NCBI RefSeq assembly: GCF_001642725.1
Contig: NZ_LSUQ01000020.1
Span: forward strand, 1-45,068
Direction: 5' to 3'
Source: Ferroacidibacillus organovorans
Lineage (GTDB): Bacteria > Bacillota > Bacilli > Alicyclobacillales > SLC66
Length of the DNA: 45,068 nt
How positions within the stretch are numbered: position 1 is the stretch's first letter; every line of letters starts with the position of its first letter. A model generated the notes under the pieces. The model had not been told where the DNA came from. It saw only the letters and a program-made list of their open reading frames with translations, and made no database searches. Shown piece after piece: positions 19,148 through 29,169 of this stretch. Both the position numbers and the translations under genes were made by a program.

Positions 19148-19284
19148 GTTCTCCTTTTTGGTTGCGACGGCAAGAGACGCAAAATGATACGTATAATTCT
19201 ACCATACGGTTAGTTTTAAATTGAAGCAAGTCTATTTTTCCATTTATTGATGAAAAAATGACGAAACTGACGCGAATTTGGCAA

Positions 19285-20106
19285 CTACCATTTGGCGTGC
19301 ACGGTGGTGGTGTGAGGTGTGAACAAATCGGGAATCGTGACAAACGCGTAGCCGCGCGCGCGCAACGTGTGAATCAGTTCTGGCAATGCCTGCACCGTTC
19401 CCGTTAGAATCTCCTTTGGGTTTCCCGCACAGTGCATCAGGATAATTGAGCCTGGCGCTACGGCTGGCAACGTGTTTTGCAGCACCTGTTTTGCGCTTAA
19501 ACTTCGCCAATCCTGAGAGTCGACCGACCAGTTGACAACCTGGTACCCGCGTTTTCCAAGTTGACGCAACAGCGAGACGGTCACGTTACCGTACGGCGCG
19601 CGAAACCAGCGAGTCGAGACGTGGGCCGTTTTTTTCAAGAGTCGATCGGTGCGCTCAACCTCCCATAAAATGTGCCAGGGAGACGCTTTTTGCAGGTTAT
19701 CGTGATCATAGCTGTGGTTGCCAATCGCGTGACCCTCGTTTTTGATTCGCACGATCATGTTTGGGTATTTCTGCACGTGGATTCCCAGCACAAAAAATGT
19801 CGCGGGGACGTGTTCTCGCTTTAGGATGGCAAGAATTTGCGGTGTGTAGCGATCATCAGGACCGTCATCAAACGTGAGCGCAACCTTTTTGATCGAAGGG
19901 CCTTGGAACACAAAAACATGCGGAAACTGTAGAGCGAGCGCCTGACGGTCTTGTGCGAATGCGGTGGACGCAGGTGTAGTGAACGCGCTGATGGAGATCG
20001 TTAGGCCTACGATGATGATCAACAGATCCTTGCGATAAAACGGTCTTTTGCGCAGTTGTCTTTGATGGCGCACATGCATTCGCTCCTCGTGTGTAGCAAT
20101 CTGCAT
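19285..20106 (-). CDS. Polysaccharide deacetylase (CE4, NodB domain) with N-terminal anchor or signal
   Basis: ALTFDDGP, ATFFVLG, GNHSYDH, FRAPYG, DSQDW and IILMH motifs; start codon uncertain. Confidence 0.92.
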   Translation of the reverse strand: MQIATHEERMHVRHQRQLRKRPFYRKDLLIIIVGLTISISAFTTPASTAFAQDRQALALQFPHVFVFQGPSIKKVALTFDDGPDDRYTPQILAILKREHVPATFFVLGIHVQKYPNMIVRIKNEGHAIGNHSYDHDNLQKASPWHILWEVERTDRLLKKTAHVSTRWFRAPYGNVTVSLLRQLGKRGYQVVNWSVDSQDWRSLSAKQVLQNTLPAVAPGSIILMHCAGNPKEILTGTVQALPELIHTLRARGYAFVTIPDLFTPHTTTVHAKW

Positions 20107-20171
20107 TATCATCTCCTTTGTATGAGCAGATCATGACGCCAGCGCGTGAATGAATTTCCAAGTGCCGCGAT

Positions 20172-20202
20172 AAAAACGGCGCCGCAACGTGCATGCGGCG
20201 CC
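20172..20202 (-). terminator. Intrinsic terminator of the minus-strand S9 peptidase
   Basis: GGCGCCGCA/TGCGGCGCC stem followed by a T-run on the minus strand. Confidence 0.7.
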
Positions 20203-20234
20203 ACAGGGAACGGTGTTCGTCGTTTTTGAAACAC

Positions 20235-22031
20235 TCAGGCGCTGCGATGACGATCGAGAAAGTTCCCCACCGCTTCATACACGCGCAGCTCGTTCTCGCG
20301 CTTTGAAAAACCGTGCCCTTCGTCGTCGAGCACGAGATACTCCACGCTGCGCCCCAGTTGCGTCAATTTCTCAACGATTTGGTCAGACTCCGCCTTCACG
20401 ACGCGTGGATCATTCGCGCCTTGCACGATCAGCATCGGTTTGGTCATGCCTTCAATGTACGTGATCGGGGAGTGCGCGATGAAACGGTCGTGATCGCGCT
20501 CCGGATCGCCCACCATGATATCCATGGCAGGTTTCCAGAAGTCAGGGACTGAGTTTACAAATGTAAACAGGTTCGCCACGCCAAAGATGTCGACCGCTGC
20601 GCGAAACGAGTTGGCGTAGAGACCGTGCAGCATCAGTGTCATGTATCCGCCGTAACTTCCGCCGAGAACAAAGAGGCGGTCTTTATCCGCTTTTCCTTGT
20701 GCGATCAGCCAGTCGACGCTCGCCATCATATCCTTTACGGGCGCACCGCCCCAATCGCCGTCAATCATCTTTGTGAACTCGGAGCCATAGCCTGTGCTCC
20801 CGCGAAAGTTTGGCGCGAACACGTCGTACCCTTTGGAGATCAGGTATTGCGTGAACGACCAGAAGTATTTGCGATCCGCCGCCTGCGGGCCGCCGTGTGG
20901 CATGATGATCGTGTGACCGTTTCGCGTGTCATCCTTTGCGCGATAGTGAAGCGCCTCAAGTTGTAGTCCATCAAAAGACGGGAAGTGAAGCGTTTCGGCG
21001 CGCACCATGCGCTCCTCGGAAACGCCGAGCACGCGATTGTCGGTGAGCTTCGACCACGTTCCATGGGTGTCAAGGCGAAACAGGTTAACCGGTTGATTCT
21101 CCTGCGTAAAGAGTCCGTATACACTGCCGGAGTCGTGAACCGTCAGTTCAAAAAGTAGCGCCCCGGGGTAAGAAAATTCGCGAAACGAGGTGGGCTCATC
21201 CGCTGATCCGCGATAGAGGATGTCCTCGACACCGCGCTGTCCAACACAATAGACGAGCCGTCGTGTACGATCGACGCGCACGGCAGCGATGTCAATCGCC
21301 TCAGGTGCAAACAACTCGCTCATCTCGCCAGTCGAGATGCGATAGAGTGCCGCATACGCAAATGGTTTTTCGTAATTTGTGGTAAATACGATCGTGTCCT
21401 CGTCAAGATATGTGCCGCCGTCTGTCACTTGAGTTACGCTTTCATCGGGCGTAAGACAGCGACGGGGTGTGTTTTCGCGCGACACATAACTGAGCATATA
21501 GGTGTTCGCCAGCGCTTCTGTGTAGGTGAAGGATGATTCGTCGGGAGCCAGACTTCCAAATTCTATAGGCGCTCGATCCCCAGTATGTATCACCTCTTCT
21601 GTCATCTCGAACATGTCGTAGCGATAGAGATTCATAAACGAGGCGTTCTCTTTGTCGGATGTGTAATAGAGCTGATCTCCGCTGCGGTTTAGCGCGCCAA
21701 ATAAGAGGTAGTGGCCAGGCGATTGACGCACGGGGACAACCGTTCCGCCAGAAGTGGACACGGCATAGATCTGCACCTTTTCGTCGCCATCCGTGTCAAG
21801 CCCGACGAGTAGGTAGCGGCCTTTTGGATCGTATTTCACAAAGCGCACGCGCTGGTCATTGTAGGTCAGTTGGTAGGGGAACCGCGTGTTCAAATCCATT
21901 CCCCAAAGGTTAAACGTTCCGCTGATGTTCATTGAAATGGCCACGGTGGACTCGTCGTGGCTCACGTCAAACGCACCCAAACTGATTGTGCGGTAATACG
22001 CATCCAAACCCGGTTCTGGAAACGAAAACAT
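20235..22031 (-). CDS. S9 family serine peptidase (acylaminoacyl-peptidase-like)
   Basis: PHGGPQ, NFRGSTGYG, GGSYGG, QGANDPRV and DEGHGF motifs. Confidence 0.93.
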   Translation of the reverse strand: MFSFPEPGLDAYYRTISLGAFDVSHDESTVAISMNISGTFNLWGMDLNTRFPYQLTYNDQRVRFVKYDPKGRYLLVGLDTDGDEKVQIYAVSTSGGTVVPVRQSPGHYLLFGALNRSGDQLYYTSDKENASFMNLYRYDMFEMTEEVIHTGDRAPIEFGSLAPDESSFTYTEALANTYMLSYVSRENTPRRCLTPDESVTQVTDGGTYLDEDTIVFTTNYEKPFAYAALYRISTGEMSELFAPEAIDIAAVRVDRTRRLVYCVGQRGVEDILYRGSADEPTSFREFSYPGALLFELTVHDSGSVYGLFTQENQPVNLFRLDTHGTWSKLTDNRVLGVSEERMVRAETLHFPSFDGLQLEALHYRAKDDTRNGHTIIMPHGGPQAADRKYFWSFTQYLISKGYDVFAPNFRGSTGYGSEFTKMIDGDWGGAPVKDMMASVDWLIAQGKADKDRLFVLGGSYGGYMTLMLHGLYANSFRAAVDIFGVANLFTFVNSVPDFWKPAMDIMVGDPERDHDRFIAHSPITYIEGMTKPMLIVQGANDPRVVKAESDQIVEKLTQLGRSVEYLVLDDEGHGFSKRENELRVYEAVGNFLDRHRSA

Positions 22032-22088
22032 GAGTGTATTTCTCCTCTCCTGAATCTATGACCAATCTTGCACAGTTTGTGATTTCGG

Positions 22089-22577
22089 TCAATCCGAAAG
22101 TTGCGTCAAAAGTGCTTCGCGAAACTGTTCGTCATCCTGCTTTGTTCGCGCAGATGGACCTTTCAAACGGTGTTTTGCCTTGGCGCGTCGAAGTTTTTGC
22201 CCAAGTGCGCGAACTTCGAGGAGTGGGTCAATGTTTTGTGCAGTGTACACAAAGCCTTTTGAAGAGAGCGCCTTTCCGCGTCGCGCAAGAACGAGTGCGG
22301 CGAGGCCGTAGTCTTCCGTAACGACCAGGTCCCCCTGTTTCATCCGCGCGAGAATCGCGTAATCTGTCGCGTCCGGTCCCGGCGCGACTTGCAGGTGATC
22401 CGCGCCTTCCATGTGGTGGTCATAGGAGCTGACAGTCACCACGCGCAGCCCTTTTTTCGCGCAAACTTCATTCGCGATCTGGCGGGCCGTTCGCGGGCAT
22501 GCGTCCGCGTCAAGATAGAGTACGCGGGGGGCTGGAGGGAGTGCATGGGGTGCTGAGTCATTCCATTCTGTCGTCAC
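22089..22577 (-). CDS. YaiI/YqxD family (UPF0178) PIN-like protein
   Basis: DADACP, D.TD..I, GDLVVTEDYGLAAL, Y...NID..L and KGP motifs. Confidence 0.85.
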   Translation of the reverse strand: MTTEWNDSAPHALPPAPRVLYLDADACPRTARQIANEVCAKKGLRVVTVSSYDHHMEGADHLQVAPGPDATDYAILARMKQGDLVVTEDYGLAALVLARRGKALSSKGFVYTAQNIDPLLEVRALGQKLRRAKAKHRLKGPSARTKQDDEQFREALLTQLSD

Positions 22578-22604
22578 AAAATCACCTCACTGATTGGGGA
22601 TGGT

Positions 22605-22633
22605 TTGTCAAGAATTCACGCACCTCGTATAAT
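22605..22633 (+). promoter_or_regulatory. Sigma-A promoter of queDEC
   Basis: TTGTCA N17 TATAAT. Confidence 0.75.
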
Positions 22634-22685
22634 CAAGCGTGGCCTCGTGAACGTTGTGGCCGTTTTGTGATGAGGAGATGAGTGT

Positions 22686-23162
22686 ATGAGTGAAAAGGTT
22701 TCGCAGGATTTCGCGGCTCCTTTCGTATTCAAACAGGCGCAGGAAAGCGCTCCTTCTTCCTTACGATACCATCTACGTCGAGTGACGATCACGAAGGAGT
22801 TTACATTCGACGCGGCTCATCATCTTTACGCCTATCAAGGGAAGTGTGCCAATCTCCACGGGCACACGTATCGACTGATTGTCAGTGTGAGCGATGTGTT
22901 GGATGAGATTGGACTGGCCATCGATTTTGGCGATGTAAAGACGCTCGTGAAGACACACGTTGTCGATCGACTCGATCACACGTATTTAAACGAGGTGCTC
23001 CCGCCGATGAATACGACTGCTGAAAACATGATCGTCTGGATGTTTGAAGAGATTGAACAGGCGCTTCATGCGTTTCGCGACACCGCGCGCGTTGAGCGGC
23101 TGACGCTGTACGAGACGCCGACTTCAAGCGTTGAGATCACCCGACAGGAGATGGGGTTGTGA
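22686..23162 (+). CDS. queD: 6-carboxy-5,6,7,8-tetrahydropterin synthase
   Basis: KEFTFDAAHHL, C.NLHGHTY, LDHTYLN, TAEN and LYETPTS motifs. Confidence 0.93.
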   Translation: MSEKVSQDFAAPFVFKQAQESAPSSLRYHLRRVTITKEFTFDAAHHLYAYQGKCANLHGHTYRLIVSVSDVLDEIGLAIDFGDVKTLVKTHVVDRLDHTYLNEVLPPMNTTAENMIVWMFEEIEQALHAFRDTARVERLTLYETPTSSVEITRQEMGL

Positions 23163-23866
23163 GCGAGGCGGCCGTTGGGCGTGAAACGCAGGCGATCCGC
23201 CTGCCGCTCGTCGAAATTTTCGAGACGGTGGAGGGTGAAGGGACGCAGGCGGGTTATCCGACCGTTTTTGTGCGATTGTTTGGCTGTCCACTGCGCTGTG
23301 TATGGTGTGACACACCTTACAGCTACGCGCCAGCGAAGGCGGAGTTTACCATGACGATTGAACAGATCGTTTTGCGCGTCGCGTCGTTTAAGGCAGCGCG
23401 CGTGTGCCTGACAGGTGGGGAGCCACTGATGTATCACGAGCATTCTGCTGCGCTGCTGCGAGCCCTCTCCGAACTCCCGCGGCTGGTCGACGTGCATGTG
23501 GAGACGAGCGGGGCGATTGATCTCACCTCGTTTTTGAAGGATGTTCGATCTTCCAAGGTGCGGTATATTGTCGACTACAAATTGAAAGAGTCTGGCGAGA
23601 CTGCGAAAATGATCGCGGCGAATTTTACCGTGCTTCGTCCCCAAGACGAGCTTAAATTTGTGATCGCGTCCGATGCGGATTTTGACGAGGCGATGGCGGT
23701 GCTCGATCGCTTTCACCCTTTATGCACGGTGCTTGTGAGCCCTGTGTTTGGCGCAATGGAACCGGAACATCTCGTGGATCGTCTCCTTAAAGAAGGGCGT
23801 CCGCACGTCAAACTGAATCTGCAGATTCACAAGGTGATCTGGGATCCTAACCAGCGCGGCGTGTGA
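23159..23866 (+). CDS. queE: 7-carboxy-7-deazaguanine synthase (radical SAM)
   Basis: EIF.TVEGEG, FVRLFGCPLRCVWCDT (CxxxCxxC), LTGGEPL and LQIHK motifs. Confidence 0.93.
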   Translation: MSEAAVGRETQAIRLPLVEIFETVEGEGTQAGYPTVFVRLFGCPLRCVWCDTPYSYAPAKAEFTMTIEQIVLRVASFKAARVCLTGGEPLMYHEHSAALLRALSELPRLVDVHVETSGAIDLTSFLKDVRSSKVRYIVDYKLKESGETAKMIAANFTVLRPQDELKFVIASDADFDEAMAVLDRFHPLCTVLVSPVFGAMEPEHLVDRLLKEGRPHVKLNLQIHKVIWDPNQRGV

Positions 23867-23942
23867 TCGCTGTTCGACGGGCGGTACAGAAAAGGGACGC
23901 TGCGCTTGGCGAAGCGATGAATAGAGCGAGGAGGCGATTGAC

Positions 23943-24665
23943 ATGACAACAGGGAGAGACAAAGAGCAGAGGCGCGAGGGTCAAGCAGGCGCGGTGGTGA
24001 TTCTCAGTGGCGGACTCGACAGCGCGACATGCCTTGGCATTGCCTGCGCAGAAGGGCATCACGTGACGGCGCTCTCGTTTGACTATGGACAGCGGCATCA
24101 CAGAGAACTCGCTGCTGCGGCGCGCCTTGCGGCGCATTACGGGGTCGCGCATCACATCTACGAGTTGCCGTTTTTTCGTCAATTGGGCGGGAGCGCACTG
24201 ACGGATGACGCGATTTCGGTGCCGACAGAAGGGGTCGACAAAGCACACATTCCATCCACGTATGTGCCGGGGCGCAACCTTATTTTTCTTTCGATTGCCA
24301 CGGCGCTCGCGGAAGTTACGCGCTCGGAGTGGATTTATATCGGTGTCAACGCACTTGACTATAGCGGTTATCCGGACTGCCGCCCGGAGTTTATGGACGC
24401 ATTTGCAAACGTTGCGACCGTCGCGACACGTGCAGGTGTTGAGGGGATGCACATTGAGGTGAAAACGCCTCTCTTGCACTTGACAAAAGGGGAGATTGTC
24501 GCACGCGGTACAGCGCTTCTCGTCCCATATGAGATGACAACTTCATGCTATGTAGGAGAAGAAGAGGCGTGCGGCGTTTGCGATAGTTGTCGACTGCGGC
24601 TTGCGGGATTTGCGGAGGCAGGGCGAGTGGATCCAATCCGCTACCAGCTTCGCGCTAAGAATTGA
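23943..24665 (+). CDS. queC: 7-cyano-7-deazaguanine synthase
   Basis: SGGLDS, FDYGQRH, YVPGRNLIFL, GYPDCRPEF and SCY...CGVCDSC motifs. Confidence 0.96.
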   Translation: MTTGRDKEQRREGQAGAVVILSGGLDSATCLGIACAEGHHVTALSFDYGQRHHRELAAAARLAAHYGVAHHIYELPFFRQLGGSALTDDAISVPTEGVDKAHIPSTYVPGRNLIFLSIATALAEVTRSEWIYIGVNALDYSGYPDCRPEFMDAFANVATVATRAGVEGMHIEVKTPLLHLTKGEIVARGTALLVPYEMTTSCYVGEEEACGVCDSCRLRLAGFAEAGRVDPIRYQLRAKN

Positions 24666-24818
24666 TTTAGGAAGACGGTTGCCTAAATGGCACCCGTCTT
24701 TGGTACGCTGGAACGGCGCAAAAACCTTGAGTCTCGCAGCGGTCTATGCCATAATTCGCAGAGTAGATGCCATAGAACATGGATCGCTTTTTTTATTTGT
24801 TTCTGAAAATGAAAGAAT

Positions 24819-26108
24819 GTGAGGTTTGCCCTTTTGAAAAAGCAGGGAACGAAACCGACCGCCCCCAAATCGAAAAAGAGACTGCGTCGCAGAATTGTGA
24901 TTGCTACCGCGAGTGCGGTGGTGCTTGGCGCGGCTGTCGCCTACGCAATGGTGGCGCAAGGATTAACCGGAAACAACCTGGGATTTACGATTCCATTTCT
25001 CCATCACGCTCCACCACAGCCTGAGAACATCCTCCTGATCGGGAACAACGCGCGCAATGCGCAAGGCCCACTCCAACTCGGAACGGCGGCCGGTCAAGCA
25101 GATATTATGATGATTGCGCATATTGACCCGATCAAACACATGGTCACATTGATCTCGATTCCGCGTGACACGCTCTTTGCGATGCCAAACTACAACAATC
25201 CAATCCCGAAGCTTAAATCGTTCTTTTTTATCGGCGCGCAGATGCAGCCAAACCAGGCTGCGCAACTGACGGTTCAAGCAGTCGAGAAGTTTACAGGGAT
25301 GCATATCGACCACTGGATTGTGACCGACTTTCAGGGATTCTCGGATGCGGTAAACGCGGTGGGTGGGGTGCGGGTGTACATCCCGGGGCGTATTTATGAC
25401 CCGCTGCACAGTGGCGCAAATCTCTATCCGGGATGGCAGACGCTCAATGGCACGCAGGCGCTCGCCTACATTCGTGTGCGGCAAAATACCGCGAGCAATG
25501 TATCGGTCAATGACTACGAGCGAAACAACGCGCAGGCGCAGGTGCTGATGGCGCTCAAGGCGAAGCTGCTCAGTGGAAGAAATGCGCTCACAAACGCTCC
25601 CGGTTTGATTGCGACATGGATGAAAGACGTTGCGACAGACATGAACATCGGTGATCTGATTCACCTCGCTGAGATGGTGCACGGCTCTAAGATTGCGCAC
25701 ATCAATCTCGGCACAGTTTCTGACTCGATGGATGTTGTCAGCGCCCCGGTTCAGGGCATCAACCAGGAGAATTATCTGACGGGCGCCTACTATGATATTA
25801 TCGACCCGGCAAAAGTCACGGCAACGCTCAAACCGTTTGGATCGACTGGCGCTGACACGGGTGTGCCGATTGCGAGTCCAGGATCGTTTCAGGTGCAACT
25901 CTACGGCCCGCAGTCAGAGGTGGCGGTGCTTCAGAAGCAAGGGTTTAACGTGACCTACATGGGTGGAAGCAATGTTTCGCAAGATCAGATCATGTACCCG
26001 ACGGGTCAATTGAGCGAAGGGCTCTCTGTCGGGCGTGCGCTCGCCTCAGGCAACTCGCTCGTCGAACCGGGGGCGCCGGGAAATGCGGTCGTCGTCTACG
26101 TGAATTGA
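24819..26108 (+). CDS. LCP (LytR-CpsA-Psr) family cell-wall glycopolymer transferase with LytR_C-like tail
   Basis: Basic N-terminus plus TM; NILLIG, ISIPRDT, DFQGF..V.AVGGV, G.QALAYIR.R and D..R...Q motifs. Confidence 0.88.
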   Translation: MRFALLKKQGTKPTAPKSKKRLRRRIVIATASAVVLGAAVAYAMVAQGLTGNNLGFTIPFLHHAPPQPENILLIGNNARNAQGPLQLGTAAGQADIMMIAHIDPIKHMVTLISIPRDTLFAMPNYNNPIPKLKSFFFIGAQMQPNQAAQLTVQAVEKFTGMHIDHWIVTDFQGFSDAVNAVGGVRVYIPGRIYDPLHSGANLYPGWQTLNGTQALAYIRVRQNTASNVSVNDYERNNAQAQVLMALKAKLLSGRNALTNAPGLIATWMKDVATDMNIGDLIHLAEMVHGSKIAHINLGTVSDSMDVVSAPVQGINQENYLTGAYYDIIDPAKVTATLKPFGSTGADTGVPIASPGSFQVQLYGPQSEVAVLQKQGFNVTYMGGSNVSQDQIMYPTGQLSEGLSVGRALASGNSLVEPGAPGNAVVVYVN

Positions 26109-26128
26109 CGAGGAAATGCGCCGCTCTG

Positions 26129-26158
26129 GTCTAGTCCAAACGCGCCGTGAATATACCT
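26129..26158 (+). promoter_or_regulatory. Possible sigma-E sporulation promoter of ydcC
   Basis: GTCTAGT ... AATATACCT resembles sigma-E promoters; ydcC is sigma-E-dependent in B. subtilis. Confidence 0.3.
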
Positions 26159-26174
26159 TGGACAAGGAAGGTTC

Positions 26175-27185
26175 ATGGCAGGGGTGACTCGAGTGAAGCG
26201 CAGGTATCTTGTATTGGCTGGTCTCTCCCTTGCGTGCGGTTTGTTCCTGGCGGGTTGCGGTGAGCCAGGCGCCACGCAGGTGGTCAAGCAATTACAGACC
26301 GTTCAAAACAAACTGACAGCCTATAAAAGTTCGGCCTGGATGACGGTGCACATGCAGGGTGCCGTGCAGCGGTATTATGTAGAAACGTGGTATCAGGCGC
26401 CCAATCAATACCGGATCGCGCTCGGGAATGAGAATAAAGAGATTTCGCAGATCATCCTTCACAACGCGACAGGGATCTACATTATCAATCCCGGTTCGAA
26501 ACGACTCTTGAAGTTTCAAGGGGATTGGGCAGAGCGGCAGGGGCATCTGTATCTATACCACGCGCTGCTCTCACGCATTATCGCGGCGCAAGAGCCAACG
26601 TTTTCGCGCAAGGAAAAACAGGTTTCGTTTACGATTCCCGGTGACCCGCTCAATCCGCTCATCGCGTATCAGCGAATCACCTTAAACGGCCAGACACTAA
26701 ACCCAGTGCAAGTGGAACTGCTTGATGCAAAGCGGCAGCCGATCGTGACGCTTGACTATCTGAGCTATCAGCAGAACGTCCAATTTCCGTCAGGTTCGTT
26801 CTCACCTGAGCAGTCTACGACACTGCACGCAGTCGAGATGCCTGTGGCGCAGGTTGAACGGGGGTTTGGCGTCGTCGAGCCGACGTGGTTGCCGACCACG
26901 GATTCGATGCTTGACGCGAGCGAGAATCACGGTGTAATTTTCTTGCGATATGCTGGAAAAGAACCGTTTACGCTCGCAGAAAATCGCCCGCTGACGGAGA
27001 GTTTATCCCTTGGTCAGGGTAAGCTCGTGACGCTGTTTGGCATTCCGGCGGTGCTTACGGGACAAGGGCCAACGCATCAATTGTACTGGATGAGTCACGG
27101 GGTCGAATTCCAGTTGACATCGACGATGAGCGCGCAGGATATGGTTCACATTGCAAGTTCAACCTTGGATAATATAGGAAAGTGA
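26175..27185 (+). CDS. ydcC: YdcC-like LolA-fold lipoprotein
   Basis: Lipobox LAGC, YVETWYQAPNQYRI and FQGDW motifs; synteny upstream of alr. Confidence 0.75.
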   Translation: MAGVTRVKRRYLVLAGLSLACGLFLAGCGEPGATQVVKQLQTVQNKLTAYKSSAWMTVHMQGAVQRYYVETWYQAPNQYRIALGNENKEISQIILHNATGIYIINPGSKRLLKFQGDWAERQGHLYLYHALLSRIIAAQEPTFSRKEKQVSFTIPGDPLNPLIAYQRITLNGQTLNPVQVELLDAKRQPIVTLDYLSYQQNVQFPSGSFSPEQSTTLHAVEMPVAQVERGFGVVEPTWLPTTDSMLDASENHGVIFLRYAGKEPFTLAENRPLTESLSLGQGKLVTLFGIPAVLTGQGPTHQLYWMSHGVEFQLTSTMSAQDMVHIASSTLDNIGK

Positions 27186-27191
27186 TGCGTT

Positions 27192-28340
27192 GTGTGGGTA
27201 GATGCCGGTGCGCGACAGCGAGACGCGTGGATTGTCGTTGATCTCGAATCGATTCGCCACAATGCGCGCCTCTTGCGAGCAAAACTCGCGCCGGGGGTGC
27301 GCATGATGGCGTGTGTAAAAGCATACGCCTATGGACATGAGCCTGTTGAGACGGCGCGTGCACTTCTTGCAGAAGGCGTCGAGGAGCTTTGCGTCGCGAC
27401 GATCGAAGAAGGCGTGCTTTTGCGTGCGGCGGGGATACGCGCACCGATTCTGATTCTTGGCGCGTTTCCTTGCGAATCGGCCGAAACGCTCATTGCGAAT
27501 GACCTCACAGTTACCGTCTTTGCTGAGACGCACATCACGGCGCTCGCAAAAGCAGGGCGCGCGCTCGGCCTCTCGCCCAAGGTGCATCTCAAAGTAGATA
27601 CAGGCATGACGCGGCTTGGTGTGCGCACAGAAGATGAACTCCTTGACGTGGCGCAGCTGTGCATTTCGCGCGGGCTTTTCATCGCGGGTATCTATACGCA
27701 CTTTGCGTTCGCTGACGAAGCGCTTGACGAAACGTTTACAGATCGACAGTTGGCGATGTTTCAAAACGCGGTTGCACGGCTGCGCGCCGCCGGGATCGAC
27801 CCGGGTGTCGTTCACGCCGCAAACAGTGCGGGACTCTTGCGTAGTCCTTCGTATCACCTCGATATGGTGCGTCCAGGCATCGCTCTCTACGGGTATCATC
27901 CGGCGCCGCAGTGGGGGCAAGCGCTCGCGCTGCGGCCTGCGCTCTCCGTCTATGCGCGCATCGTGCGCATCGCCGACGTGCCTGCAGGCACGAGCGTAGG
28001 CTACGGCTGTGCGTATACCTGCGCAGGCGCATCGCGCATCGCGACGCTTCCGCTCGGGTATGCCGACGGAATTCCCCGCGCTGCGGGACGCGGGGCGCAG
28101 GTTGATGTCGGCGGGCGCGCCGCGCCGATTGTTGGGCGGGTCTGCATGGACCAATTGATGATTGATGTGACAGAAACGGATGCGCGCGTCGGCGATGTGG
28201 TTCAAGTGTATGGTGCAGCGCTTGGGTGTGCGGGATCACTTCAGGCGACGGCGGACGTGCTTGAGACGATCTCGTATGAGCTTTTATGCCGGCTGTCAAT
28301 GCGGTTGCCGCGCGTAATCACGCACTCCGTTACGGACTGA
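27192..28340 (+). CDS. alr: Alanine racemase
   Basis: VKAYAYGH PLP-lysine, HLKVDTGM.RLG, HAANS, RPGIALYG, GYADG and GRVCMDQ motifs. Confidence 0.97.
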   Translation: MWVDAGARQRDAWIVVDLESIRHNARLLRAKLAPGVRMMACVKAYAYGHEPVETARALLAEGVEELCVATIEEGVLLRAAGIRAPILILGAFPCESAETLIANDLTVTVFAETHITALAKAGRALGLSPKVHLKVDTGMTRLGVRTEDELLDVAQLCISRGLFIAGIYTHFAFADEALDETFTDRQLAMFQNAVARLRAAGIDPGVVHAANSAGLLRSPSYHLDMVRPGIALYGYHPAPQWGQALALRPALSVYARIVRIADVPAGTSVGYGCAYTCAGASRIATLPLGYADGIPRAAGRGAQVDVGGRAAPIVGRVCMDQLMIDVTETDARVGDVVQVYGAALGCAGSLQATADVLETISYELLCRLSMRLPRVITHSVTD

Positions 28341-28458
28341 AACGCGGATGTGAACGGTGGGAAATTCGCAGAAGGACTTTTTAGGTGAAACTGGATGTCT
28401 TTCTACGTAATGCGTTATAATAGCAGTGGGACTTGGCAGTCGTTAGGGGGATATCGCA

Positions 28459-28731
28459 TTGTCTAAGTCAAGAAAAATTGCTGTGAGTCTGCCGATGGGC
28501 ATGCTCGACGAGGTGGATACGCTCGTCGCGCACGATCAGGAGAGTCGCAGCAACGTGATCCGACAAGCTACAGCGTTATACCTTAAAGAACGTAAAAAAC
28601 AAATTATCCGCGAATCTCTGCAACAAGGCTATCTGGAAATGGCCCCGATCAACCTCCGTTTGGCGAGTGAGGCGTTCGACGCAGAAGTGGAAGCGGTTAT
28701 GATCGCCGAACGCTTGGTCAGTGGGGTGTAG
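28459..28731 (+). CDS. ndoAI: RHH antitoxin EndoAI (MazE-like)
   Basis: I.VSLP..L.EVD, SRS.VIRQA and GY.EMA.INL..A.E motifs; between alr and ndoA. Confidence 0.9.
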   Translation: MSKSRKIAVSLPMGMLDEVDTLVAHDQESRSNVIRQATALYLKERKKQIIRESLQQGYLEMAPINLRLASEAFDAEVEAVMIAERLVSGV

Positions 28732-28735
28732 CACG

Positions 28736-29086
28736 ATGAATGTCAAACGCGGCGACGTTTATTTTGCGGATCTCTCCCCGGTGGTGGGGTCCGAACAAGG
28801 CGGATTCAGGCCCGTATTGATTATCCAGAACAACATTGGCAACCGATTTAGCCCGACGGTGATTGTCGCCGCGATCACCGCACAAATTCAGAAAGCCAAA
28901 CTTCCCACGCATGTCGAGATCAGTTCTTCACAGCACGGAATGGACAGAGATTCTGTCGTCCTCCTCGAACAAATTCGCACGCTTGACAAACAACGCCTTA
29001 CGGAAAAAATTGCGCACCTGGACGATGAATTAATGAAGCGCGTCGATGAGGCGCTCAGTATCAGCCTTGCATTGGTCGATTTTTGA
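28736..29086 (+). CDS. ndoA: MazF/PemK family endoribonuclease EndoA
   Basis: [31 protein letters not shown] and LLEQIRT.DK motifs. Confidence 0.96.
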   Translation: MNVKRGDVYFADLSPVVGSEQGGFRPVLIIQNNIGNRFSPTVIVAAITAQIQKAKLPTHVEISSSQHGMDRDSVVLLEQIRTLDKQRLTEKIAHLDDELMKRVDEALSISLALVDF

Positions 29087-29169
29087 TGCATGTCCCGCCG
29101 TTCGCCTGAATACAGTGGAGTAGGGATTGTCCCGATGACACGTTCAAGGGTTAGGAAGGCGGGAATCGC

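Noticed and set aside
19196..19216. TetR-like operator upstream of the RND gene
   Set aside because: Palindrome ACCATACGGT is short and imperfect, with no regulator nearby; not supportable
22634..22685. preQ1 riboswitch
   Set aside because: Lacks the conserved loop and 3' A-rich tail; only a weak hairpin is present
28459..29086. Toxin-antitoxin pair as a sign of a mobile or defence island
   Set aside because: alr-ndoAI-ndoA is conserved core synteny in Firmicutes
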